Below, piece by piece: positions 1 through 8,165 of a stretch of 43,146 bases of DNA (positions are counted from its first letter, which is position 1; every line of letters starts with the position of its first letter). This DNA comes from a virus. The notes beneath the pieces were generated by a model, which saw only the letters and a program-made list of their open reading frames with translations, was not told the DNA's origin and made no database searches. A program made the translations under genes and the position numbers. The stretch lies in IMG/VR virus record IMGVR_UViG_3300031760_000155. The stretch is one strand, 5' to 3'.

Positions 1-127
1 CCGCCTCTATTTTCTTTTTTCAATTCCATTTATTCCCCTTCATCAATTTCTTGCCACACATGATAACCACGATACTCCTCTCGCATATATTCAAGATCCT
101 TTTTTCTTTCCTCTGGTGTATCTTTTA
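1..127. repeat. Terminal direct repeat identical to 43020-43146; most simply the overlap of a circular assembly (unit genome 43019 bp)
   Basis: Same 127-nt string at both window ends. Genes continue across the junction: the stop of ORF 30-239 at 30-32 is directly followed by the ATG equivalent to 43046-43048. Confidence 0.9.
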
Positions 128-239
128 GTTCTACAGAATTATCTCCACCAATTTCCTTATCATAAGCTGTATTAGGTGTCCTTCTTGGAAGTTCAATGCA
201 CGCATCAACATTTCCACCTCTTGCATAAGTTCTTGTCAT
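30..239 (-). CDS. Hypothetical 69-aa acidic protein, first gene of a small promoter-to-terminator cassette
   Basis: ATG at 237-239 preceded by AAGGAG (rc of 246-251). No recognisable motif. Confidence 0.6.
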   Translation of the reverse strand: MTRTYARGGNVDACIELPRRTPNTAYDKEIGGDNSVELKDTPEERKKDLEYMREEYRGYHVWQEIDEGE

Positions 240-281
240 AATTTTCTCCTTGCAAGGTCTCGATCCCTGCCCTACATCTTT

Positions 282-310
282 ATACTAACATGCCGTTTTG
301 ATTTTGTCAA
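282..310 (-). promoter_or_regulatory. Sigma70-like promoter for the 69aa/RHH/54aa cassette
   Basis: Minus sense TTGACA (305-310), 17-nt spacer, TAGTAT (282-287), about 40 nt upstream of the ATG at 239. Confidence 0.55.
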
Positions 311-332
311 TAATTTTTTCAAAAAAAAATTT

Positions 333-386
333 AAAAAAAAAAGAGCGGAAAAACCGCCCTTCAAAAAAAAATCACGTTTCCGTGAT
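333..386 (-). terminator. Tandem intrinsic terminators closing the gp43-gp45 block
   Basis: Minus sense: ATCACG-GAAA-CGTGAT followed by a T run (363-386), then GGGCGG-TTTTT-CCGCTC followed by T10 (333-359). Confidence 0.7.
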
Positions 387-388
387 AA

Positions 389-631
389 TTAGCTAACCGT
401 TCCTGTGCCCTCTTCAACTGTTGCCCATACAGGCTGCTGTTGCGTGCCCGTGTTGTCAACACCAATTCCCTTTTCCACAGTGACAACCGCGTTGTCCTGG
501 ATGTGCTTAACGATTACCTGCCCAATCCCTTCCCATAGTTCGCGGATGCGTGTCTGCATATGTGCCGGTGCATCCGGTGACATAATTAAATCAACTATAG
601 CATCCCCTAGAACAACTCCATTCATTCCCAT
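389..631 (-). CDS. Hypothetical 80-aa protein downstream of the baseplate spike gene
   Basis: AGGAGG 8 nt upstream of the ATG; last gene before the terminators; no motif recognised. Confidence 0.6.
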   Translation of the reverse strand: MGMNGVVLGDAIVDLIMSPDAPAHMQTRIRELWEGIGQVIVKHIQDNAVVTVEKGIGVDNTGTQQQPVWATVEEGTGTVS

Positions 632-642
632 CGTAATTCCTC

Positions 643-1182
643 CTAAGCATTAAACACATTCTGCCCGGTCTGCGGTGCGCCGGAAAAAAGGCAGTAAGGC
701 TGGGCGCAAAAGCACCCGCTCCCATCCGGCTGGGCAACCCCTTTGCAAACTATCTGCTCTCCTGTCAACTCTGTCTTTTGGCTTGACAGCTTAAGGCTCT
801 CCGTCCCTTCAAGCTTGAGCTTCTTTTCCGCGCTTATTTTTATATTTTTTCCTGTCAACTCAAAGTCAACAGGGCTCACCATCTCAATTTTACCGTCGTT
901 AAGAAGTTTTATTGCCGCCTTTACCTCGCCGTTTGAACCGCGCGAATAAAGAATTTTTTCTCCCGGCTTTGCCCCCTGCGACTTAGAAAGCACACCCACG
1001 GCAACAAAATTGCCAGTGCCGTCAACCTGGACAAGCACTATGCGGTCATTTTCCAGCGGCGGCGAATCATCCCCGCTTGGCGCAAAGGTTTCCGCAGTAA
1101 CGTTTGCACCAAAATAAGCCTCTACCGTCTGGACTATGAATTCTTCAATTTTTGTCGAAATCAACTTTGCTATTCTTCCCAT
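643..1182 (-). CDS. Baseplate central spike / assembly protein V (Mu gp45, P2 gpV-like)
   Basis: Follows the gp44/gpD-like gene with a 13-nt overlap. Size and repetitive beta-rich C-terminus (KLKLEGTESLKLSSQKTELTGEQ) fit gpV-type spikes. Confidence 0.65.
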   Translation of the reverse strand: MGRIAKLISTKIEEFIVQTVEAYFGANVTAETFAPSGDDSPPLENDRIVLVQVDGTGNFVAVGVLSKSQGAKPGEKILYSRGSNGEVKAAIKLLNDGKIEMVSPVDFELTGKNIKISAEKKLKLEGTESLKLSSQKTELTGEQIVCKGVAQPDGSGCFCAQPYCLFSGAPQTGQNVFNA

Positions 1183-2453
1183 GGAAAACCCTCCGGCAAG
1201 TTGCCATCCCTGCTGCCGGGAAGCACAAGCGAAAATTCCGCGGTCATGCCGCTTGAATCGTCGCGCCTGAGTGTCACTTCATCCACAAGCAGTTTTGTGT
1301 CCTTGTATATTTCCGCTCCAGGGGCTTTGACGCTCACCGCCATATTCTCGCGGTAAAGCTTTCCGTCCTTGTCCCTGTAGCCGCTAACCGTCAACTTATA
1401 CTTAACGCACTTGCCAAACATTCTGCCTGCCATCGCCTTAACAGAATCTTCAAGCGTCCCTTCTACCGCATCGTCTATCACATCGGCATAGCAGCGCAAA
1501 ACACCCTTGTCTATCAGCAATTTATTTTCATAAGTCCACTTTGCAGACGGTGCTTTGTTCGTCGTCTTGGTGTAGCCGGTTATGTGGCTGTACATGCTCT
1601 GCGCGTCAAAAGTGGGAGCGCAAGAAACAAAGGGAACTTCCCCCTGCGCAAAAGTCATAGAAACAGCTTCCGTTTCCGGCCTGTAAATCAAAAGGTTGCC
1701 GTCCGGCAAGTTCGTCAAATACATGCCCCTTTGCTCTGCCAATTTTTCCAAAAAATCCCAGGCCTTGTCCTTAAGCTCTGCCTCTACCTTGTCAAATGCC
1801 GCACCCACGTCCCCTTTGACGGTAACGCTAATCCCAAAAGGCTGGCAAACTGTTTCCGCTATCTGCTTAAGGTTAAGCCCGCTGTACTCTGCCGGAAAGA
1901 GCGACGGCGGCAAGGTCGAATCCACAAGCACACCGCAAAGCGGATAGCCCTGCACGTTAAGCGTCTGCGCATCCGGCTGCACCGCCGGTGCCGGTGTCAA
2001 AATGCGCCCCTTAAAAATAAGCTCGTTGGAAAAGTAGACCTCGCAAGGCGCATAGGCAAACGGCCTGAAAGCGTTGCGCAAATCCTGCCGTCCACTGTCC
2101 CAGACAGAAGAAAAAGAAAAGGCATCAACTCCAAAAACAGAGCGCACAAGGGTGCAACCGGTAAAGCCTGTGAATTTCTTTCCGTTTACAATAACCGAAA
2201 AATCGGTCGGCGCATTTTCATCAAGCACCACCGTTTCTTTTACCGGCTCTTGGATAAAACTTTGCGCAAATGAATCTTCGGGAATGATAAGGACATCACC
2301 GGGGTAAATTGTGGGGCTGCCGTCATAGACAAGTTTGCGCCCGGCAAGTTGGGGATTGGCCTTTACTATTTCCGTCCACCTTTGCGGCGTTCCGTAATAC
2401 CGCACGGATATGCGGTTAAGCGTGTCCCCGCTTTTCACGGTGTAGCTACGCAT
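1170..2453 (-). CDS. Baseplate hub protein (Mu gp44 / P2 gpD-like) with N-terminal LysM domain (gpX-gpD type fusion)
   Basis: N-terminus YTVKSGDTLNRISVRYYGTPQRWTEIVKANP...GDVLIIP is a LysM motif. The remainder has gpD-like length and sits between gp43-like and gp45-like genes. Confidence 0.75.
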   Translation of the reverse strand: MRSYTVKSGDTLNRISVRYYGTPQRWTEIVKANPQLAGRKLVYDGSPTIYPGDVLIIPEDSFAQSFIQEPVKETVVLDENAPTDFSVIVNGKKFTGFTGCTLVRSVFGVDAFSFSSVWDSGRQDLRNAFRPFAYAPCEVYFSNELIFKGRILTPAPAVQPDAQTLNVQGYPLCGVLVDSTLPPSLFPAEYSGLNLKQIAETVCQPFGISVTVKGDVGAAFDKVEAELKDKAWDFLEKLAEQRGMYLTNLPDGNLLIYRPETEAVSMTFAQGEVPFVSCAPTFDAQSMYSHITGYTKTTNKAPSAKWTYENKLLIDKGVLRCYADVIDDAVEGTLEDSVKAMAGRMFGKCVKYKLTVSGYRDKDGKLYRENMAVSVKAPGAEIYKDTKLLVDEVTLRRDDSSGMTAEFSLVLPGSRDGNLPEGFPWEE

Positions 2454-3768
2454 AGTAGCGCACCTCCCTTCCCATAGGGATGCAGACTATCTCGTCGGCC
2501 GTCAGCCTGTTGTCCACTATGAACTGGTCAAGGCGCGTGAATCCTTCCTGGCCGTAAAGTTCGCAAAGAAGCTCCATAATTTGTCTGTCACGTCCCAGCC
2601 TGATAATTCTAGTTACCGGCAACTCAAATGCCACCGTCTGCATCACCTGTATGGCACAAATTACCATGTCAAGCAAAACTTCGTAGCCCTCGCCTGTGTC
2701 AACGAATGCGTTCTTGCTCACCTGGCTGTCCATGTAGCATTTGTACACGTCAAACTCTTTTGCAATCAAATCGGCTGCTTCAAGAACGGAAGCCCGCGAT
2801 TCAAAACCGCCGTCCGAGATGCCACTACTAGCGTTAGAAGTTCCGGCAGCAACAGCCGTCTTTGCAACACCCAGGCTCATTGAATCCACAAGAACTCCAA
2901 CCATTAAGCTGGTAGACGCATACTGATTTTTTATTCCCGCCGCGCCTGCAATGTCTTTTTTAACACTGTTGATTATATCCGTTATGGCAGTGGCATAGCC
3001 TGAAATTTTTTCCGATGCCGCCATTGCCGTTTGTGCGGTAAGACGCGCCGCCTGCGTCAAAACCGACGCAATGTTTTGCGCATTTTCCTTAAGCTTGTCA
3101 ATTTTGCTCGTCCATTCGTTGACGTTCTTTTTTAGGTTGTTAATTTTTTGCAGTACCGCGCTTTTTTCTTTAAAATCGTTTATTTTTTCCGCAATGGCAG
3201 AAACATTTTTAAAAAGTGAATCCGCCTGCGCCTTAAGAACGCTTTGCAGCTGCATCTCGTCTTCTACGCTGCCTGTCTCAATCATGCCAATAAAAGACAC
3301 TTCTGCCGCATTCTCATATTCTGCCGCAGCTTCATCCAATGCATCAACCGCAGACACTTTGCTTTCCGGCAGTGGTTTGTCCGTTATGCTTTCAGAAAAG
3401 GTCACGTCAACGGTGGCTTCGTTAAGGCCTGAAAGAACGTTGTCGGCACGGCTAATTTCGCCTGTAGGCACAACCGTATGCTTGCCATAGACAGGATGTT
3501 CAAGAGTACCATAGCCACGGACGCTAAGCAGTTTTTCAAAATCGTCGGCATCCCTCATGCAGTCTGGCCCGCTAAAAATTGCGGTCATCGGGAATTTTTT
3601 TCCGCCCAAGCCCAGGGGCTGCACTTCCGCGCCGTCTACATCCGGGAAGGTATGCTCCGCCGTCTTTAGCGGTGTCTCCCTTCTAAGCTGCGATTCAAAA
3701 TTGAAAACCATCCGCCTGCCGTCTGGTGATGTGTACGCCGCTTGTCTAATTTGTTCAGTCCATGCCAT
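2446..3768 (-). CDS. Mu gp43-like DNA circulation (tail/baseplate) protein
   Basis: N-terminus ...HTFPDVDGAEVQPLGLGGKKFPMTAIFSG...GYGTLEHPVYG matches the DNA_circ_N pattern (H-FP-D...DLG...G-G-L-HP-G). Confidence 0.8.
   Translation of the reverse strand: MAWTEQIRQAAYTSPDGRRMVFNFESQLRRETPLKTAEHTFPDVDGAEVQPLGLGGKKFPMTAIFSGPDCMRDADDFEKLLSVRGYGTLEHPVYGKHTVVPTGEISRADNVLSGLNEATVDVTFSESITDKPLPESKVSAVDALDEAAAEYENAAEVSFIGMIETGSVEDEMQLQSVLKAQADSLFKNVSAIAEKINDFKEKSAVLQKINNLKKNVNEWTSKIDKLKENAQNIASVLTQAARLTAQTAMAASEKISGYATAITDIINSVKKDIAGAAGIKNQYASTSLMVGVLVDSMSLGVAKTAVAAGTSNASSGISDGGFESRASVLEAADLIAKEFDVYKCYMDSQVSKNAFVDTGEGYEVLLDMVICAIQVMQTVAFELPVTRIIRLGRDRQIMELLCELYGQEGFTRLDQFIVDNRLTADEIVCIPMGREVRYYA
2825..2840 (-). 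promoter_or_regulatory. 16-bp near-palindrome, plus strand CTACTAGCGTTAGAAG (copy 1 of 4), inside the gp43-like gene
   Basis: Minus sense CTTCTAACGCTAGTAG, encoding TSNASS. Confidence 0.75.
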
Positions 3769-3795
3769 TTTTTTTCTTTCCGCCTTTCCTTTGTT

Positions 3796-3990
3796 TTAAT
3801 TCAGCTTTTTATTTTTCGCTAGGTTTTTTGTAAAAGGCTCGTTCATTTCTCTCCAGGTTTTCTTTGGCCCATTTCCGGCATTGCACATCCTATAGCCCTT
3901 TTGGAATTCCGCATAATTCTTGGCCGTTATCATCGTGACCAAACCTATTAGGTTTGTTATGTTGCTCCTGTTTACCCGCCCTGAATGCAT
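3796..3990 (-). CDS. Hypothetical 64-aa protein (short version of track ORF 3796-4104)
   Basis: The ATG at 3988-3990 overlaps the TGA of the upstream gene by 1 nt (TGATG), suggesting translational coupling. Confidence 0.45.
   Translation of the reverse strand: MHSGRVNRSNITNLIGLVTMITAKNYAEFQKGYRMCNAGNGPKKTWREMNEPFTKNLAKNKKLN
3813..3828 (-). promoter_or_regulatory. AACCTAGCGAAA box (copy upstream of the gp43-gp45 block)
   Basis: Minus sense AAAACCTAGCGAAAAA, 46 nt upstream of the gp43-like ATG. Overlaps the end of the 64-aa ORF. Confidence 0.55.
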
Positions 3991-4616
3991 CACGCCTCCT
4001 CGTCTATGTACCAGCCTTTGTATTCGTTCCCGTCCTTCAATAATTTGTGCATCACCTCTATCGGTATCTCTGCACCGAATTTTTTTTTGAGCACACATCT
4101 GCAAACATAAATATTAGTAAAGTGATATATGCGGCCATTGTTAATATTTTTGTTAAAAGCAATTACCGCCTTTAAGGCCGCGTTGTGCTTAAGTTCCAGC
4201 TCCTCTTTAATTCCCTTTATATCTTCCCATTTATAATAGCGTCGCGGATAAAAGCTCACATCATCCACGTAGAGATAACCTTTGATCCCCTTTTTTTTTA
4301 CGATTGCATAAAGCCGCTCTGGCGAAATCCCTAATTTTTTGGCGGCAACCTTCCATGCCACCAAAAAATTAGGGACTTTATTCATATAAATTTTTTCGCC
4401 ATTCTTTGAAGCTGCCGCCCTTTTCTTTATTTGTGCCTGCCTCTTTTCATCTTCATACTCAAAGAGCCATCTGCGCCCTGTGAGAACCCCATTCTTAATC
4501 CTGTTGGACACTGTTGACTGCGACAAATTGAAGTATCGTGCACATTCTGCTATCTGCCCAAAGCAAAAGCTTTCCCCTGTCTGTACATCCTTGACAAGAA
4601 CCCTAACGTCCTTCAT
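3990..4616 (-). CDS. Putative DNA-binding protein with two NUMOD1-like helix-turn-helix segments
   Basis: Start MKDVRV at 4616 with GGAGGT upstream. HTH-like segments are FGQIAECARYFNLSQSTVSNRIKNG and WKVAAKKLGISPERLYAIVKKKG. No nuclease motif seen. Confidence 0.5.
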   Translation of the reverse strand: MKDVRVLVKDVQTGESFCFGQIAECARYFNLSQSTVSNRIKNGVLTGRRWLFEYEDEKRQAQIKKRAAASKNGEKIYMNKVPNFLVAWKVAAKKLGISPERLYAIVKKKGIKGYLYVDDVSFYPRRYYKWEDIKGIKEELELKHNAALKAVIAFNKNINNGRIYHFTNIYVCRCVLKKKFGAEIPIEVMHKLLKDGNEYKGWYIDEEA

Positions 4617-4744
4617 TTGAACCTCCAGTGAATTATTGCCGCAACCAAAAGGCAAAAAACTATTATCAAAGCTCCAAAAGGAATAATCAAATCCTGGTAA
4701 ACAAAAGCAAAAGTTTCCAACCGCTCAAAAAGCCGTCCAACCAT
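4613..4744 (-). CDS. Small 43-aa membrane protein (below the track cutoff)
   Basis: Hand translation: MVGRLFERLETFAFVYQDLIIPFGALIIVFCLLVAAIIHWRFK. The ATG overlaps the upstream TGA and its TGA overlaps the downstream ATG (ATGA). Confidence 0.45.
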   Translation of the reverse strand: MVGRLFERLETFAFVYQDLIIPFGALIIVFCLLVAAIIHWRFK

Positions 4745-4917
4745 CAGCCCTGCCTCCTTGCCGTTTCCATCCTGTCTGCCAGCTTCATTGCCTCACTTAC
4801 CCTTATGTAGTTTATTTTCCGCAGGGCATCCTCCAGCCTTATGCCCTGTTGCACCTGGCTTTTTATGAAGTCTGCAATCTTTTCGTCTCTGCTCTTTTTG
4901 CGCTCGTTTCCGTTCAT
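4744..4917 (-). CDS. Hypothetical 57-aa protein coupled to terL
   Basis: The ATG at 4915-4917 overlaps the terL TGA at 4914-4916 (ATGA). The longer track version 4744-4977 would lie inside terL. Confidence 0.5.
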   Translation of the reverse strand: MNGNERKKSRDEKIADFIKSQVQQGIRLEDALRKINYIRVSEAMKLADRMETARRQG

Positions 4918-6905
4918 GAATTGCCCTCCCTGTAGAATGCCTGGGTGGCCTTTGCGTAAGTCCAAAAGGCCTGCCATTCAAGCGACTTAAAGCCCAGGTC
5001 ATTCCGGCAAATGTCATCCGCAAAAATCTCCAAAGCGGCCTTGTTGTAAACGCGCGTATCGAACGCGTGGTTGTCCGCGCCGAATTTCTGCCGCCAGACC
5101 GTCTTTTGATAGCGTCCGTTCCTGTCCACAAGCTCGACCTTTTCTTCTGCCTCGTACATCTTGAAATAGTCGTCGCCAAAATCTTCCGGAAAATTCGGGT
5201 ACCAATTCGGCTGCGCCTGCCCGTCATTCCAGAAGAGGCGGTTCATTTCATTTGCTATTCTGTCCTTAATCAAACCTGTGTTGACGTGGTAGGCAAGCGG
5301 AAGCCCTATCTGCTGCAAAGTGCCCTTTGAGAATAGCTGCCATGTTGCGCCGTCCTTAATCCAGTCCTGTCCCTTGCAGGCGTAAACACCCGCCGCAAAC
5401 TGCTGCACAAAGGCATAGACCCATCCAGTGTAGTGGCCGCTGTCCACAAGCGTTATCATGGGGCGGTACTTGCGCCCGTCTTCATCGGTGTAATCGGTTT
5501 GTATCAACTCTGAAAGCTTTGTCCAGGGCCCGCCAAACTGCTCCACGTCCCCCTCAATCCATTTGAAGTCAATGGAAAAATTGCAGCCCCTGTCAGTATA
5601 GCCAACAAGGTCAAAATAAAGGCCGTTTTTCTGAACGTCAACGGATGCAACAAGAATTAAAATTGGTGAGCCTGTGTCACGCACGGCAAGGCGGTTGGGA
5701 ACATGCCCACGCGCAAAGCCCAGCCGCCTGTAGCGCAGGGCCCGCTCATAGCGTACCGTCTCATGCTGTTCACGGAAGGGCAGCCCCTGCTTAAGGTTGC
5801 GGAACACCCTGTATTTTTCTATGTCCTTAATTCTGTTTGTCTTTATGTCCCAGACCGTAGCCCATTCCGCTACATAATCCTCCCAGCTAAACATTCCGGG
5901 CGGATTATACAATGCGGTGATGTGGTAACTTTCAGCCCCTGGCCTTTCCGGCTGTGCCACGCTTGCCCGCCACTCACCTTTGGAAATAATTTCTGCCTTG
6001 TCATAGTTCCGCATGACCTTTCCGCAATGCGGGCATTTGTAGCCGACTGTATCAAGACGCGGCCGGAAGTTTTCATCATTTTCCCAAACGATGCCACCCA
6101 CCTGTTTGCCCTTGTCGTGCTCGTCCCAGATTGCCCATTCAAGCTTCTGCATGGTCCCGCAAAATTTGCAGGGCACATAAAAATATTTTTGCGTTCCAGT
6201 CAAAAAAAGAGAATGAATCAAAGAGCTGCCTTCATTCTTTGGCGTTGAACCTATGACAAGTTTTGAATGCGAGCCAAAGGCATCCTGCCTTGCCTTCATC
6301 AAAGTAAAAATATCGCCCTCACCCTTTAGCGTCATAAGGGCTGCATCCGCTTCATCTGCAAAAATGACCTTGAAGGAAAAGTTTCTGAACCGCGTTCCGC
6401 TTTTGCTTCCAAAAAGACGAAGGTTCCCACCCGGGTACTGCTTATGAAAGACCGTGTCTCCCGTGGTCCTTGCGCCTTTTGCTTTTTTTGACGTGCTTGT
6501 AATTCTTTCACGAAGCCCGCAATTGTCGATGCAGTTTTCAAGCTTCGTTTCTGAATAGCGTCTAACCATGCCGTCATCGGGAAGGAACAAAGCCTGCTCT
6601 TCCGGGTCGCTGCCAATGAAGTACATCATGCCAGGCTCAAGCACTCCTGTCGTGTACCCGCATTGATTGCCCTTCATCACAAAAATATATTTAGCCGGGC
6701 TTTCCGGGGAAAGGTTGTCCACAATTTCCTTGAAGTACGGGAATTTGTCATAGGTGAATTTTCCGGGGAATGGAGACAGCGAGCGGTCTATGTAGCGGAC
6801 GCGCTGAATGTATTCACTGGGCCGCTCATATTCACGCCGCTCCGGCAGACGCGCAAAGCGTTCAATGAGAAAGTCTATGTCCGATTTTTTTACAGCCACT
6901 TCCAT
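4914..6905 (-). CDS. terL: Terminase large subunit, lambda GpA family
   Basis: 663 aa. GpA-like layout: N-terminal ATPase region (VMKGNQCGYTTG, FADEAD) and a C-terminal nuclease part. Confidence 0.9.
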   Translation of the reverse strand: MEVAVKKSDIDFLIERFARLPERREYERPSEYIQRVRYIDRSLSPFPGKFTYDKFPYFKEIVDNLSPESPAKYIFVMKGNQCGYTTGVLEPGMMYFIGSDPEEQALFLPDDGMVRRYSETKLENCIDNCGLRERITSTSKKAKGARTTGDTVFHKQYPGGNLRLFGSKSGTRFRNFSFKVIFADEADAALMTLKGEGDIFTLMKARQDAFGSHSKLVIGSTPKNEGSSLIHSLFLTGTQKYFYVPCKFCGTMQKLEWAIWDEHDKGKQVGGIVWENDENFRPRLDTVGYKCPHCGKVMRNYDKAEIISKGEWRASVAQPERPGAESYHITALYNPPGMFSWEDYVAEWATVWDIKTNRIKDIEKYRVFRNLKQGLPFREQHETVRYERALRYRRLGFARGHVPNRLAVRDTGSPILILVASVDVQKNGLYFDLVGYTDRGCNFSIDFKWIEGDVEQFGGPWTKLSELIQTDYTDEDGRKYRPMITLVDSGHYTGWVYAFVQQFAAGVYACKGQDWIKDGATWQLFSKGTLQQIGLPLAYHVNTGLIKDRIANEMNRLFWNDGQAQPNWYPNFPEDFGDDYFKMYEAEEKVELVDRNGRYQKTVWRQKFGADNHAFDTRVYNKAALEIFADDICRNDLGFKSLEWQAFWTYAKATQAFYREGNS

Positions 6906-6920
6906 TTTTTTTTTAGGGGA

Positions 6921-6936
6921 CTTCTAACGTTAGAAG
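6921..6936. promoter_or_regulatory. Perfect 16-bp palindrome CTTCTAACGTTAGAAG (copy 2 of 4)
   Basis: Overlaps the MTase stop codon, 15 nt upstream of the terL ATG. Confidence 0.8.
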
Positions 6937-8165
6937 CCGCAGACCTCCTCCCAGCCAAAGAGCTCACCCGGCACGGAAAATTTTTCCGCCTGGTGCCGTG
7001 GCATGAAAACTTTTTCGCAAACCTTCAAGGCCGCCCCAGAACACAAAGTTGCACGGTGTGTAATTTTTTTTACGCAGCAGAATTTTTTTTCCGGCATTTC
7101 ATAGCTTGAAATAAAAACAGGCTCGGTCTGCTTTTCGCACCAGGCATAGAATTTTTCATAATCAAAGTCCATGCCATAGCCGTCCGTGTCTTTGTAGGGA
7201 ATGTCACAGTAGAGAATTGAATTTTTTAAAATGGGAATTTCATCATAGGACTTGGAGCAGACCTCCAGCCTTTGCAACCTTTGCAACCTTTGCAACCTTT
7301 GCAACCTTTGCAACCTTTGCAACCTTTGCAACCTTTGCAACCTTTCCAAACTTTCCAAACTTTGCAAACTTTGCACTGTCTCCAGAAGGAGGGCTACCCC
7401 GGACACCTCATCATAGTCAAGTGGTAAATCAATAATTTCTTGTAATTTCTGGTAATTTTCCTTTGTCGGAAATTCCCACTGGCTCTTGCTAAAGTAATGG
7501 CCTGCCATGCCGTTCGTTCCAAGATGGCGGTCAACGTCTGCCGCCGTCCTGCCGGATTTTTTCAGGCCGTCCACAAGGTACTGCCTAAGCTCCTCGCTTG
7601 TTTTTTTTATCTTTTCTTCAAGATTCTTTCTAAGCTCTTCTGTGTCAAGCTTTGTCTTTTCAATTTTTTTCAAATACCATTCAACGTAAAGCTTTTTGTA
7701 CTGCTCTTTATTTTCGCGGATGTCTTTTCTTGTTCCGTCAGTCCTTATTCCAAATTCGTTGAACAAGTCAAAGTTCCCAAACACACGCGCAAAATGCAAA
7801 GCCTTTTTCCAAGGTTCAACTTCCTTGCTGTAAAGATAGTCCTCGCCGTTGTTGCCAAAGCTCCAGACGTAGCGCACATAAGGCTCGCTGTCTTTTAGCC
7901 TGTAAAAATCACCGCGGGAGATCCACCTCCTTTCATTCTCAAACTTGCCCTCTATGGCATCGCGGAAAAGCTGGACCGGCCCCGCGTTAATGTCATTGGC
8001 TATGATGCGCTTGTAATTTTTGTGGGCAATGGCAAAGTGTGTCATTGCGCAGCCACCGGCAAAGAGGTCGTAGAAGTTTTCTGCCGTAGGAAAAATTTCA
8101 AAAATCTTTGCGGCAAGCTTTGACTTGCTTCCCTTGTATGGCAGGCCATATCTGTCGAAGTCCAT
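6930..8165 (-). CDS. Orphan DNA N6-adenine methyltransferase (Dam / D12 class) with an internal (LQR)n repeat
   Basis: YKGSKSKLA and FAGGCAM (SAM-binding region) at the N-terminus; CDIPY (DPPY-type catalytic motif) near the C-terminus. Inserted between terS and terL. Confidence 0.85.
   Translation of the reverse strand: MDFDRYGLPYKGSKSKLAAKIFEIFPTAENFYDLFAGGCAMTHFAIAHKNYKRIIANDINAGPVQLFRDAIEGKFENERRWISRGDFYRLKDSEPYVRYVWSFGNNGEDYLYSKEVEPWKKALHFARVFGNFDLFNEFGIRTDGTRKDIRENKEQYKKLYVEWYLKKIEKTKLDTEELRKNLEEKIKKTSEELRQYLVDGLKKSGRTAADVDRHLGTNGMAGHYFSKSQWEFPTKENYQKLQEIIDLPLDYDEVSGVALLLETVQSLQSLESLERLQRLQRLQRLQRLQRLQRLQRLQRLEVCSKSYDEIPILKNSILYCDIPYKDTDGYGMDFDYEKFYAWCEKQTEPVFISSYEMPEKKFCCVKKITHRATLCSGAALKVCEKVFMPRHQAEKFSVPGELFGWEEVCGF
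7269..7376. repeat. Tandem 9-bp repeat, 8 perfect CCTTTGCAA units plus 4 degenerate units, in-frame inside the Dam-like gene
   Basis: Counted directly. Encodes LQS LQS LES LER (LQR)x8 on the minus strand. Confidence 0.95.

Noticed and set aside
1-127. Biological direct terminal repeat (DTR packaging)
   Set aside because: The GpA-type terminase suggests cos packaging, and the exact 127-nt length fits an assembler k-mer overlap. This cannot be excluded without read-terminus data.
1584-2273. Long antisense ORFs within structural genes (for example 1584-2273 +, 5703-6248 +, 35713-36417 +, 36619-37353 +, 38540-39241 +, 39317-39979 +, 40651-41496 +)
   Set aside because: They lie opposite well-supported genes, are Arg/Ser/Cys-rich with no SD, and break the tight operon structure.
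3796-4104. Long 102-aa version of the ORF ending at 3796
   Set aside because: It would overlap the 3' end of the 208-aa gene by 115 nt. The internal ATG at 3988-3990 gives a 1-nt stop/start overlap consistent with the neighbouring gene junctions.
7217-7435. Plus-strand ORF translating as (FAT)n across the 9-bp repeat, and the idea that the repeat is a CRISPR-like array
   Set aside because: The units are contiguous with no spacers, and the minus-strand frame is part of a 411-aa ORF with clear Dam motifs on both sides. The plus ORF is a shadow of the repeat.
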